Assembly: GCA_025603075.1 (NCBI GenBank) | Contig: MU626443.1 | Span: 1 to 38,249, forward strand | Length of the DNA: 38,249 nucleotides | Source of the DNA: Neoconidiobolus thromboides FSU 785 | Lineage: Eukaryota > Fungi > Entomophthoromycota | Reading direction: 5' to 3' | Notes under the pieces: generated by a model | The model's input: only the letters and a program-made list of their open reading frames with translations | What the model was told of the DNA's origin: nothing | Database searches by the model: none | Translations under genes and position numbers: made by a program | Shown: piece after piece, positions 10,468 through 20,954 of the stretch | Position numbering within the stretch: the stretch's first letter is position 1 | Layout: every line of letters begins with the position of its first letter

Positions 10468-12956
10468 TTAACTAGTATTAATTTCCTGTAAAGGTACTTC
10501 TTGATAAGTATTTTGATTCTCACTAAACAATTTAGAATTTTCACTTGCACCCCAAAACTCAGCACAATTTCCAAATAGCCCTTTATCATATTTATTCTTA
10601 CTATTACCTCTTTGATTTCGGTTCTCTCCACTTTTAATAAAATATTTCATACATCCTTTACTTTGATTATGCTCATTATTTGTTATAACTTCTCCAGTAG
10701 CAAATGGTAAAGCTAATGCATATTTATCATGATTCAAACTTTCGTTTGTAGTTTGGTTTTTGGCAATAAGATATAATTGATAAAATAAAAGAATGACTAG
10801 CCAGGTAGCTTGAAATAATGCCCAAAGCATACCATAGCAAGTAAAACTATCAAATTGAAATTTGGCACATACTTCTTCCGTTAAAAAGCAAGTGATTTGT
10901 TCAGGTATATAAACATGTTCATTCATCAATAAGTATTGGAAGCCAATATATTCATAATAGCCTATGGCAACAAGCAATAAAATCAAAAACAATATAAACT
11001 GGCGATGATTGTTTGAGCCTATGCAATTGTATGTCCAGGGACAATGATGGTCAAATTTGAGCACACATTGGTCACAGAATTTACAATGCTTACTACGTGG
11101 TGGCCTGGAAACCTATAGAGGGGATTATTAAGAATAATTGTTAATTAATTAATTAAAACTTACAATACATGTTGTACAAAACTGACGGTTATTCAACATA
11201 TTTACTTTAGCAAGGTTACGTATGAACTAATTAAAGTCATTATTTATACATATGTAAAAATTAAACTAAACTAAACTTACTCCCGATTTATCACGAATAT
11301 ACCGATTTTTTTTAATCGACCCTGGATCTGATAATGTAGCATCAAAATAAAAATAAAGTGAAGCAGCAAAAGTACAAGAGAATACAAAATTGGTATAAAA
11401 AAATTCACTCAACGTTGGTTTCAATAAATTATTAAAATAATTTACAAACACAATTAAACAACTGGTCAGAAAGACACTAGCTAACATTGGTGTTTCATTC
11501 AATGATATTTTTGGTAAAGTAATACTCATAACGTATTGTAAAATTACTTTGAATATAAGGAATGATTCAATAAGAAAAAAAAGGATAGCGATAGCCCAAG
11601 GTAGAGTTATAAAGGTAAAGAAAAAGAGAGGCATAGCCAATAAGGGTAATATAATTAATAATTGTTTTGTCCTTTTAACTGATAAAGTAAAATGAAATTT
11701 ATCTAAAGTTTTAGCACTTCTATTCGCTAATTTTAATGCCAATTCCCAACCAACCGTAGTTTTTGAATTGTTAGCTATATCTTTTGGTGCTTTACCCTGA
11801 TCATCAGTCGCTTTTAAGTCACTACCGCTTAATATTAGTTCAGTAATAATTTCTCGACTACCTTTAACGACTGCCCAATGTAAAGGTGTAAACAAAGTTT
11901 GATCTCTTTTATGAACATCGGCCCCGTTTTTCAGTAAAATTTTCACAGCTGCTGGAAAACCTTGATAAGCTGCCCACATTAAAGGCGTATGTCCTTGTGC
12001 ATCTGGCTCATCAATTTCAATCTGAGTAAAACTAAGTGAGTAGATTAAACTAGGTAAATTAAATGAATGGATTGAAAGATGGACAATATTAAATCCTTGA
12101 GTATCTTTTAATGTGACATCCGCACCACTTTCGATTAAAATCACCATCATATCTAATAAGCCTTGTCGACATGCCCAATGTAATGGTGTAGCATTGAGAT
12201 CGCCACCTTGTATATTAATATCTGCCCCTTGATCTATTAAATATTTGGCGGCCTCAAGTCGATTATTAATACTTGCCCAATGTAAAGCACTTACTTTTCC
12301 TTCATCTAATTTCCAAACTAAACCTGGATCTTTCTCAATTAAATATTCTAATGCTACTTTATTTCCATTCTGGGCAGCTTGAAAGATCGTGATGTCATAG
12401 TCGTCAGGTAAGCCCATTGGCGTCCCTAATTATTAGTTACTTATTTCAAAAAGTAATATTTTTTACCTTTACTACTAGATTGAATAGGATCCTCAAATTC
12501 ACTAAAAACATTTTGTTTTGTTACTTGAGTAGTCGCTATATTATTTGAAAAAGATCTAGGCAATGGTGCTTTTAAATTACCATTGATTTTCTTTTCTTTT
12601 AATTTTGGTGATAATTTTGACCCTAATTTAGAACTTGATCTTATACTTTCTAATTTATTCCCCTTTTCTTTTTCTAGCTCTTTTGTTTCTTCAACCTCCA
12701 ACCCATCTTGATGGAAGTTTTCAAACTCATCTAACTCATTGTTTTCTACTTTTGCTTCTTTAATTGTTGATTCATCCTGGTGAAAATTTTCAAACTCTTC
12801 TAACTCGTTATCTTCTTGTTTAATGTCTTCTAAATCCTCTTCCTTTTCAATTAAATAATTAGTCTCTTCAACCTCATCAATTGGGGTCTCATTAATTTTA
12901 TGTTGCTCTTTTTGTATCTCTTTTGGTTTTAGAGGTTCAATTTCAGGATCCGTCAT
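10468..12956 (-). CDS. AKR1: Ankyrin-repeat DHHC palmitoyltransferase Akr1, four exons, about 780 aa
   Basis: Exons 12956-12467, 12425-11281, 11226-11164 and 11112-10468 join in frame through GT-AG introns. The product has an acidic N-terminus, ankyrin repeats ([36 protein letters not shown]), TM helices and the motif [38 protein letters not shown]. This merges three ORF-track entries. Confidence 0.93.
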
Positions 12957-13426
12957 TGTTTTGATTTAAGTTTATAAAAAAATTCGATGTTACTTTTTAA
13001 AATTTTATTTACTATAAATTCTTATTTTAAACGCGGGCTTATTATTTAGGGATTTGTTCTAGTGATTTGAATTTTTTACTTTTGCCAGTATTGTTTTTTT
13101 TTACCAATCAAACCTCGAAATTCTTTATTTTGTTAGGTAAAATTACAATTTTCTATTCAGAAGTTAAAGAATTTGAAATCATTGACATTTTTTAAATTTT
13201 GTAATAAAAGTTTACACAGTTGTTTCTAAATATAATGTAGCTCTGGTTCCATGTTCTTGCCATAAACGGTCCGTTTATTTCACGTTTATCAAATAGACCT
13301 ATTGACTCCTTTATTTTAAAAATCTAATAAAGCTGTTTTTTTATACGAGATATTAACGACTATCTGAACATTTTAAAGGTAGCTTTCTCAATATATAAAA
13401 ACTTTTTTCGTTTCAATTCGAAATTT

Positions 13427-13521
13427 GGGGATGCATTTTTGTGTTTAAGAATTTTACTAGCAATTTTTAAATCAAATAGTACTTGAAAGATGGAAAAAGA
13501 TGAAGCCAAAAAAACATCCCC
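13427..13521 (-). mobile_element. MITE copy C
   Basis: GGGGATG...CATCCCC; TSD ATTT/ATTT. Confidence 0.88.
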
Positions 13522-13829
13522 ATTTATTTGTTATTTACACTAAAACCTTCCAACTTCAACTTACATATTAATATTGTTTTACGTTTTAGGCTTTTGTTTA
13601 CTTTTTGGTTAGTTTAATTTAAAATAAATAAAGAGCACCTATGTTTTTTATAATAAACTTTTAAAAAAATGTTCCTTTTTTTTGAAAGGATAATCAATTT
13701 ACAAAAACAATTCTTTTAAAATAATGCCAAAGTACCAAGTGCTTCATTAGCTTAAATAAAAACTGACTTAAGTGAAAGTGAACTTAATGAACGGAGTCAT
13801 TACTCAAAAGAATCTAGTAAAATAGAAAT

Positions 13830-13926
13830 GGGGATGTGTTTTTTTGTTTAAGAATTTTATTATGACCTTTCCACTCAAATAGCGCTTAAAAAATGGAAAA
13901 ATAATGAAACTAAAAAAAACAGCCCC
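13830..13926 (-). mobile_element. MITE copy D
   Basis: GGGGATG...CAGCCCC; TSD AAAT/AAAT. Confidence 0.88.
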
Positions 13927-14259
13927 AAATTATACTTAATAATTAACTATTTCAGAAAAAATAAAATAGACAAAATAAAATACATTTCACTTCTGTTATT
14001 TAATAGCTTTTTATATAATAAAAAAGCAATTAGATTTAAAAAAAGGTCAATTTAATTAAACCAAAATAAAAGACAATAATAGTTTTTAAAGTTAGTCTAT
14101 AAACTTACAAAAAGAACAAAAGATTTAAAAGCTATAAAAAAGATAGTAAAATTATACAATACCAGTAAAGGAAGTAATTGAAAAAAATACTAAATAGAAA
14201 TTAGAAAAAAAAAATTCTATAAAATGCTATTTTATCAACTTCATAATAAGTTATACTGT

Positions 14260-14723
14260 TGTGAAATCTGGTGCTCAGGGTTTGGAGTCAAGAACAGCTA
14301 TTGCTGGGTTGACTACACTATAAGTCGAAAGGTCTTAGTTTATGTGACTAAGATAGACTTGGATTATGAGGAATAGCACGTAATAGGTTACAAGCTATAT
14401 AAGACAAATAGAATAGACAATACTAATGTAAAACCTATGTAAAATACTATTGAGAAAACTTAGTGGCTTTATTAAATGTTCGAGATATCAGGGAATAATT
14501 CAGTCAAAAAGCCTCGAACTACTATACTCTGTAAACTCTTTTATACTCTGAAAAGTATAAATATCAAAATGAGAAGATAATATTCTTTTGGATGAAGCTA
14601 GAAATTCTCATAACAAATCAAAATAAGAACATGGGATTGATTTCCTCTAAACTCGAGAACACAACAGCTTAGGCGATTGCTATGTTATAATTAACCATGC
14701 GACTGACAAAGCGATATTTCACA
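14260..14723. mobile_element. Solo LTR, copy 1 (464 bp)
   Basis: Begins TGTGAAAT and ends ATTTCACA (8-bp inverted termini, TG...CA), flanked by a CTGT/CTGT 4-bp TSD. No PBS or polypurine tract next to it; nearly identical to the copy at 37901. Confidence 0.85.
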
Positions 14724-14870
14724 CTGTATTAATTATTCAAATCATATATATAAATAATTGCACCTTTATAATCAAATTAAGTATAGTTTATATAAGGATA
14801 TTTAAACTAATTCCAGAATTTGTTTAAAAATTAATAAATAACATTATCATCAATTATAACTTGAGTATAT

Positions 14871-14963
14871 GGGGATGTTTTTTTTGATTTCATTACCTTT
14901 GCCATTTTTTAGGCACTTTTGAGCAGAAAGATTGTTAGTAAAATTTTTAAAAGATACACCCCC
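14871..14963 (+). mobile_element. MITE copy E
   Basis: GGGGATG...CACCCCC; TSD ATAT/ATAT. Confidence 0.88.
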
Positions 14964-15020
14964 ATATTTTTTTGGTAAATGTAAAAGTTTTAGATTTAAT
15001 ATAAATAGAAAATAATATAA

Positions 15021-15118
15021 GAGGATTTTTTTTTAGCTTCATTACTTTTTCCATCTTTTAAATGCTATTTGAACAGAAAAGTTGTTGGTAAAATCCTTAA
15101 ACACAGAAATACATCCCC
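15021..15118 (+). mobile_element. MITE copy F
   Basis: GAGGAT...CATCCCC; TSD ATAA/ATAA. Confidence 0.85.
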
Positions 15119-15208
15119 ATAATTATTTAAAAATAATTAATAATAATAAAATATTAACATAACTTATTGTTAAAAATGAGTAAATTAAAATTATTATCAA
15201 CATTTGTT

Positions 15209-15260
15209 TAATAAAAATAATAAAAATAATAAAAATAATAAAAATAGTAAAAATAATAAA
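15209..15260. repeat. 9-bp tandem repeat (TAATAAAAA)n
   Basis: About 5-6 copies, one with a substitution. Confidence 0.75.
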
Positions 15261-15279
15261 TATTTATCAAACAGTATAT

Positions 15280-15378
15280 GGGGATGTTTTTTTTGGCTTC
15301 ATTATTTTTTCCATTTTTTAAGCACTATTTGAGTGGAAAATTTGTTAGTAAAATTCTTAAATACAAAAATACATCCCC
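15280..15378 (+). mobile_element. MITE copy G
   Basis: GGGGATG...CATCCCC; TSD ATAT/ATAT. Confidence 0.9.
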
Positions 15379-15382
15379 ATAT

Positions 15383-15490
15383 GATGATGTATTTAAGAAT
15401 TTAAGGATTTAAGGATTTCATTAACAATTTTTCCACTCAAATAGTGCTTAAAAGATCGAAAAAGTAATAAACCCAAAAAAAAAATACTTA
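15383..15490 (-). mobile_element. MITE copy H (degenerate, inverted, abutting G)
   Basis: Starts right after the ATAT at 15379-15382. The internal family sequence (TTCCACTCAAATAGTGCTTAAAA) is intact; the termini are decayed and the end is approximate. Confidence 0.7.
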
Positions 15491-15585
15491 TATTAAATAA
15501 AAAATAAAAAAAATGACGTATAATAAATAATTTAATACTTTAGAAGATAAGAAAGTAGCTAAGTTAATATCTTTTAAATGTATGG

Positions 15586-16142
15586 TGTGAAATCTGGTGC
15601 TTAGTGATAGGAGTTAAAAGCAGCCTTTCCTTGATTGACTAGCCGTAAGTCGAAAGATCTTGGTTTATGTGACTAAGATAGACTTGAATTATGAACAATA
15701 GCACATAATATGGGAGTGTTTTTTTTGACTTCATTATTTTTTCCATTTTTTAAGCACTATTTAAGCGGAAAATTTGTTAGTAAAATTCTTAAACACAAAA
15801 ATACATCCCCATATGCTACAAACTATATAAGGCAAATAGAATAGACAATACTATTGTAAAATCTACGTAAAATACTATCAGAAGAGTTTATTGACTTTAT
15901 TAAAGATACGTTATCAGAAAATAATTCAACTAAAAAGCCTCGAATTACTATATTCTAAAATCTCTTTCATACTCCAACAAGTATGGGTATCAAAATCGGG
16001 AAGTAATGTCCTCCGGAATTAAATGGCAGAAATTCTCATAGAAAATAAGAATAAAAGTAAAAATAAAAATAAAAATGAAAATAAACTTGGGATTGATTGT
16101 TATGTTATAATCAATCACAGAGCCGAAAAGTGATATTTCACA
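15586..16142. mobile_element. Solo LTR, copy 2 (diverged, carries a nested MITE)
   Basis: TGTGAAATCTGGTGC...GATATTTCACA, colinear with copy 1 but with many substitutions. Flanks ATGG/ATAC do not match. Confidence 0.8.
15712..15810 (+). mobile_element. MITE copy I, nested in LTR copy 2
   Basis: TSD ATAT at 15708-15711 and 15811-15814; absent from the homologous position of LTR copies 1 and 3. Confidence 0.92.
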
Positions 16143-16470
16143 ATACTAAGTAATTTTAAAAACAGCAAGAAAAACAGACTTTATAATATATAGTTTGTAA
16201 TTAAAAAGAACTTATTTGAAGATAAAATAAATATAGAGATAAAAAATAAAGAAAGGTTAGAAAAATATTTTAATAAAAAAATTATATAAATCATATATTA
16301 ATACTTAAGAAAGCATAACTATTAAAATAAAAAATTAAATAATAAAAATTGCATAATGATTTTAAATTCTAAACAAAATATAGAAATAAAAACAAGGCTA
16401 AGTTTGGCAAATTTAAATTACTATAATAAATAGGCTATCAGTATTAAGATTCAGCATTTCATAGTTAAAT

Positions 16471-16566
16471 AGGGCTGTTTTTTTGGTTTCATTACTTTCC
16501 CATTTTTTAAGTGCTATTTGAATGGAAAGATTGTAGTAGAATTCTTGGACAAAAAAATACATCCCC
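16471..16566 (+). mobile_element. MITE copy J
   Basis: AGGGCTG...CATCCCC; TSD AAAT/AAAT. Confidence 0.85.
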
Positions 16567-16635
16567 AAATAATAAAACGACAAGCAAAATTTATTTTATT
16601 ATTTATCTAAAATATTAAACTATGATTTAGCATAT

Positions 16636-16836
16636 GAGGATTTTTTTTTTGGTTTCATTATTTTTTCCATTTTTTGAGCGCTATTTGAGCGGAAAATTTA
16701 TTAGCAAAATTCTTAAACAAAAAAATACATCGTCATATGGAGATTTTTTTTTGGTTTCACCACGTTTTTCATTTTTAAAGCGCTATTTAAGTGGAAAAGT
16801 TGCTAGTAAAATCCTTAAACAAAGAAATACATCCCC
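16636..16836 (+). mobile_element. Tandem MITE dimer: K (16636-16734) and L (16739-16836)
   Basis: Structure ATAT-K-ATAT-L-ATAT; both copies carry the full internal sequence. Confidence 0.87.
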
Positions 16837-17755
16837 ATATGTATGATTTTATTAATAGTTCTTGTACCAGGATAAGTGCAGAGTCAAAGAGCATCTTATA
16901 TAAGGAATTTCTTGAAAAAAAGACCAAAAAAAGGAATTGCAGATGAATTAGGCATTAAACCTAATTATAAAAGGCAACTAGTATTCAAAGAAAACGAAAG
17001 AAAAGAAAAGACTTATCGAGACATGTATTTAGGGGGAAGAAATTAGCAAAAAGGAAAGGGAAAAATCCATCAAAAGAAAAATAAATATTTTTATACCATT
17101 ATTTTATTCATTTTAACAACTAAATTTGCATATTAAACAATATATTTTTTATTGCTTATAAATTTTTATTCAAGTTTACTCTGTTTTGTATCAACAGGTA
17201 AGTTTATTTTTATTGTTATGGTTTACAGCCACAGTAACTCTACTCTGAGTAATTTGCAATAGTTTTTAGAGTCAGATACTTGTTTGCTTAGCTTTTTTTA
17301 ATGCGTACTCTTAATGCTTTAGTATGATTTTAGTAAAATTTTATCCCTAAATAAATAGTTAATTGAGTTGTAATAAAGTTGAAGCAGCTATGTGAGTTTT
17401 TTTCATAATTCTACTGAAGTTACATCATTTACTCAATCTTTAAGTGATGTGTTTGATATCTCTTTCCTAAAAGGTTTCGAGAGATAATAAGTAAACTAAT
17501 TAAAACATGCTATTTAACAGGTTTTCATATATAGTTTAGATTCTACTAGTTTATCTAAAGTATTTGCTAAACAAGTAGTAAAGATAGTAGTAAAAAATAG
17601 AATGAAAGATTTAATTAATCAAGGTATCAAAATACAACCAAAGAAGGAAAAAAAAGCCAGGCATTTTATTTATAAATAACAGTAAACATGAAAAATAAAA
17701 CAAATACAATGATATTTTTAAACTTAAAATTTATTTATATAAAATTAAAATTTAT

Positions 17756-19780
17756 TTATTCATCATCTTGTTCAATGATTTTAGATTGATTCATAGATTG
17801 ATTCATAGACTGATTCATAGACTGATTCATGGATTCATTCATAGACTTGTCTAAATTGATTTTAGAAGCGTTAGCATTCATGGATGCTTTTGATATGAAA
17901 GATTCATCAAATTTACTTTCATTATTTTTTTCGTCATCATCTGGACTAGAGATATCTTCTTTCTTATTTTGTTGAGTAGCATTATGGATATCATCATGTA
18001 ACTACAAAAAATATGTTAGTATAATAATATTAGCTAAATTAAATTAAACTTACTTGTGGTGCTGGGAAAAGGAAACTAATAGTAGTATATAGTATTAACC
18101 AAATAAAAAAGAGAACTATTAAAGAAAGTCCAAATGCCTTGGGTTTCTTGTACACTGCTTCTCCAATGTCTTCCCTTTGAGCTAATACAATAAACTCAGT
18201 TAATTCTTCCAAGACTAATTTGTATATTCTATCAAATGACCAAGCAGCATTAGTACTCTATTAAATGAATATATTAATAAATAATTTATTAATTCAATAA
18301 TATTATAACTTACTGTTTCTTTGTTAGTTGGTTTAACATCTTCTTTCAAAGATTCATAATCTTTCTTTAATTTCCAAGTTTGTTTAGCAATTTCATTTGC
18401 TTCTTTAATAGAATGCCCCAAATAAATATTATCAAATAAAATGTCATTTTGCATTGTCCATAATTCAAAACCAATAGCACCAACCTTATTAAACTTTGAT
18501 GGCTTTAAATCTTCGTAATAATCTGGATTTGTGATTTTTTTTGGCTTCCATTCTCCTTTGTATTTTGGATTTTTAATCTGTGGTCTGATCCATAAACCTC
18601 TGAAGTCTGGATTTGGAATGATAGGTGGTTTCCATTCTCCACAACCTGAAACTTTTTCACACTTTGGATTTGGAATTGAAGGTGGGATAAAATCACCATC
18701 TTCTTCGTCATTCCAGTCTTCTGGTTTGGATGCATTAAGGTCAGGCACATACAAAGGCTCATCTACCAACCAATCTTCTGGCTTTACTGCTTTTGGATCA
18801 GGGATGGACTCGGGTGCTGACTCATCCCAATCTTCTGGTTTAACTGCATCTACATCTGGAATATATTCTTCATCTTCCCAATCTTCTGGCTTTTTGTCAT
18901 CCTTATCGTCGATTTCTTTTTCTGGATTTACAGAAGGTGAAAAGTTTTCTAAAAGAGATCCCTTTTTAACTGACTCTTGATCTGTTAAAATTTCGAATGT
19001 ATTATCAGGACTAAAATAATAGAAATTAGTAATAGCTATAGAAACAATGATATAATGCTTACTTGACAATTAATGTATAAAGTACTGTGAACTTGGAAGT
19101 ATATTTAGCAAATGGTGGATCAATTAAATGCTTCTCTTCATATTGTTTTGTAATTGGATTTAAGTGACGGAAGATAAAATGAACTTTGTTAGATGATCCA
19201 CAACGATCTGGGCCAAACATAATAGTATAAGGTGTTTTATCATCAAACTTGCTGGGTTCAAACTTAGAATCGTAAGTTAACAACTTAAGGTAAGCACCAC
19301 CACACTCTAAGCCATCTTGCATCTTTACTTCATATTGAAGTACGAGAGGTTCATCCAAAAACTCAATAGGTTTAGGCAAAAGAGTTGAAATAGCATGATG
19401 CTTTGCTTTATCTTTTAAAACTAAACCAACATCTCCTTTAAAGGCTCCATTTTTAATAGGCTCTTCTAAGCTCCATACGCCATTATAGGCCATCTCTTCT
19501 TGTGCTTCGCCCTTTTCATTTTTGACTACTTTTATAGCTTCACTTTTGACCCAGCGATCATTGAAGCTTGCTTTGCTAAATTGCTCTAAAAATGGCGGAG
19601 TAAAGTCAGCTTTAAATGGCTATTAATACAAAAATTAGTGTTTAAATTGTTGAGCGAATAAGAAGTTACTTTAAAACTAGGTAATTGTTCTTCGGCAATT
19701 TTATTTTCTTCTTTTACGTCTTCATTACTTGCTATTAAGCCGATGCTATAAGCTAACCATAATAACGAAACTTGCTTCAT
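17756..19780 (-). CDS. CNE1: Calnexin (multi-exon)
   Basis: Signal peptide [18 protein letters not shown], lectin motifs ([38 protein letters not shown]), P-domain repeats ([23 protein letters not shown]), [17 protein letters not shown], a TM helix and a cytosolic tail ending IIEQDDE*. The exons join in frame. Confidence 0.95.
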
Positions 19781-20954
19781 CTTAAAAGTTATAGATAAGG
19801 AAAATAGTAAAAAATTGAATTTATACACGTATACAATTTAAAATTAGCTGATTTGATTGGGGTAAATTGAAAAATGGTCATTTTGATCTTTTCATTGGTT
19901 GTATTGAGTTTATGAAAGAAAAATAGTTTAATACAAATGATTTAGCAAAATCTGTTCCATTTGCTAAATTATTTACTAGGTTTTGTTTAACCCAACATTA
20001 AGATCTGTCATTTTGCTTTATGTATATCTCCTGAATATTTTTAGTTTAATTCCAAATTGAAGTTTTAACTATATCTAAATGTTTAAAAGTTAGAAAAATC
20101 TGTTTTTTAATACGATCTTGGACCACTGATGATAATCATCTCAGCAAGATCACCGACCAAAGCGCTACTTATAAAAGCTCAAGCTAATAATGCTTACATC
20201 CAATAGATACAAAACAGTTTACGAAGAAATGTAAAGTTTTGTATTCATCTTTATTTAAACGAATTTAATGTTAAAATCAAACGTGGTGATGAAATGGTAT
20301 GAATTATTATTTTTGACTGAAACTTTGAAATAATAAATTCTACAACAATAAAGTAAGTTGTGTAGGCATGAATTTTAAGTGTTCACAGTAGTTTGATTTC
20401 GTGCCTATATTATTTATAATTATGTATTAAATCTATATCGCCTATAGTAGTCTATATTTTCAATCAATCTTATTGCCTTAAATAGTTTTCTACTCAATTC
20501 TCGTTTGATATTAATAACTATGTGTTTAATTTACTGGTACAGTAATATAGCAACTAAATTTCCCAGGAAAAAAAAGAAAATGGTTTTAAGTATTTACTAA
20601 ATAAAAATTGAACATTTGAATGCTCATTAAGACTTTGCATGAGAGATTTATTGGGGGCCTAAAATAGCAATATTCCAAATTCATATTAATTTTTTCGCAT
20701 ACACTCAAGTATGTAATCACTTTATTATTATCATATTTAATGGTAAAGTATAGATATTTTTTAAGAACATTGGAAAATGCGATAAAACTAAAACTTCAAC
20801 GATTATTAAAAAGTAATTAACTATTACCAACAATGAAAATGAAAGTAATATCTTGTATAGTTAATCTCTAGTATCATTACAGTATAAAAAATGATCTTAA
20901 TTTTTGAAATAATCATAATGCTTACTAATATTTTATTCTCTATATTTTATACTT

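Noticed and set aside
15709-15813. Tc1/mariner-type MITE with a TA target duplication
   Set aside because: This fits the ATAT-flanked copies only; copies flanked by AAAT, ATTT and ATAA need a 4-bp TSD.
14260-16142. One LTR retroelement or TRIM bounded by LTR copies 1 and 2
   Set aside because: Copy 1 has its own TSD, the two LTRs are strongly diverged from each other, and the interval has no PBS, polypurine tract or ORF.
18505-18980. ORFs 18505-18762 and 18531-18980
   Set aside because: Shadows of the repetitive calnexin P-domain exon.
20110-20325. Possible box C/D snoRNA (TGATGA at two sites, a downstream CTGA)
   Set aside because: Box spacing and terminal stems are unconvincing and no rRNA guide complementarity was recognised.
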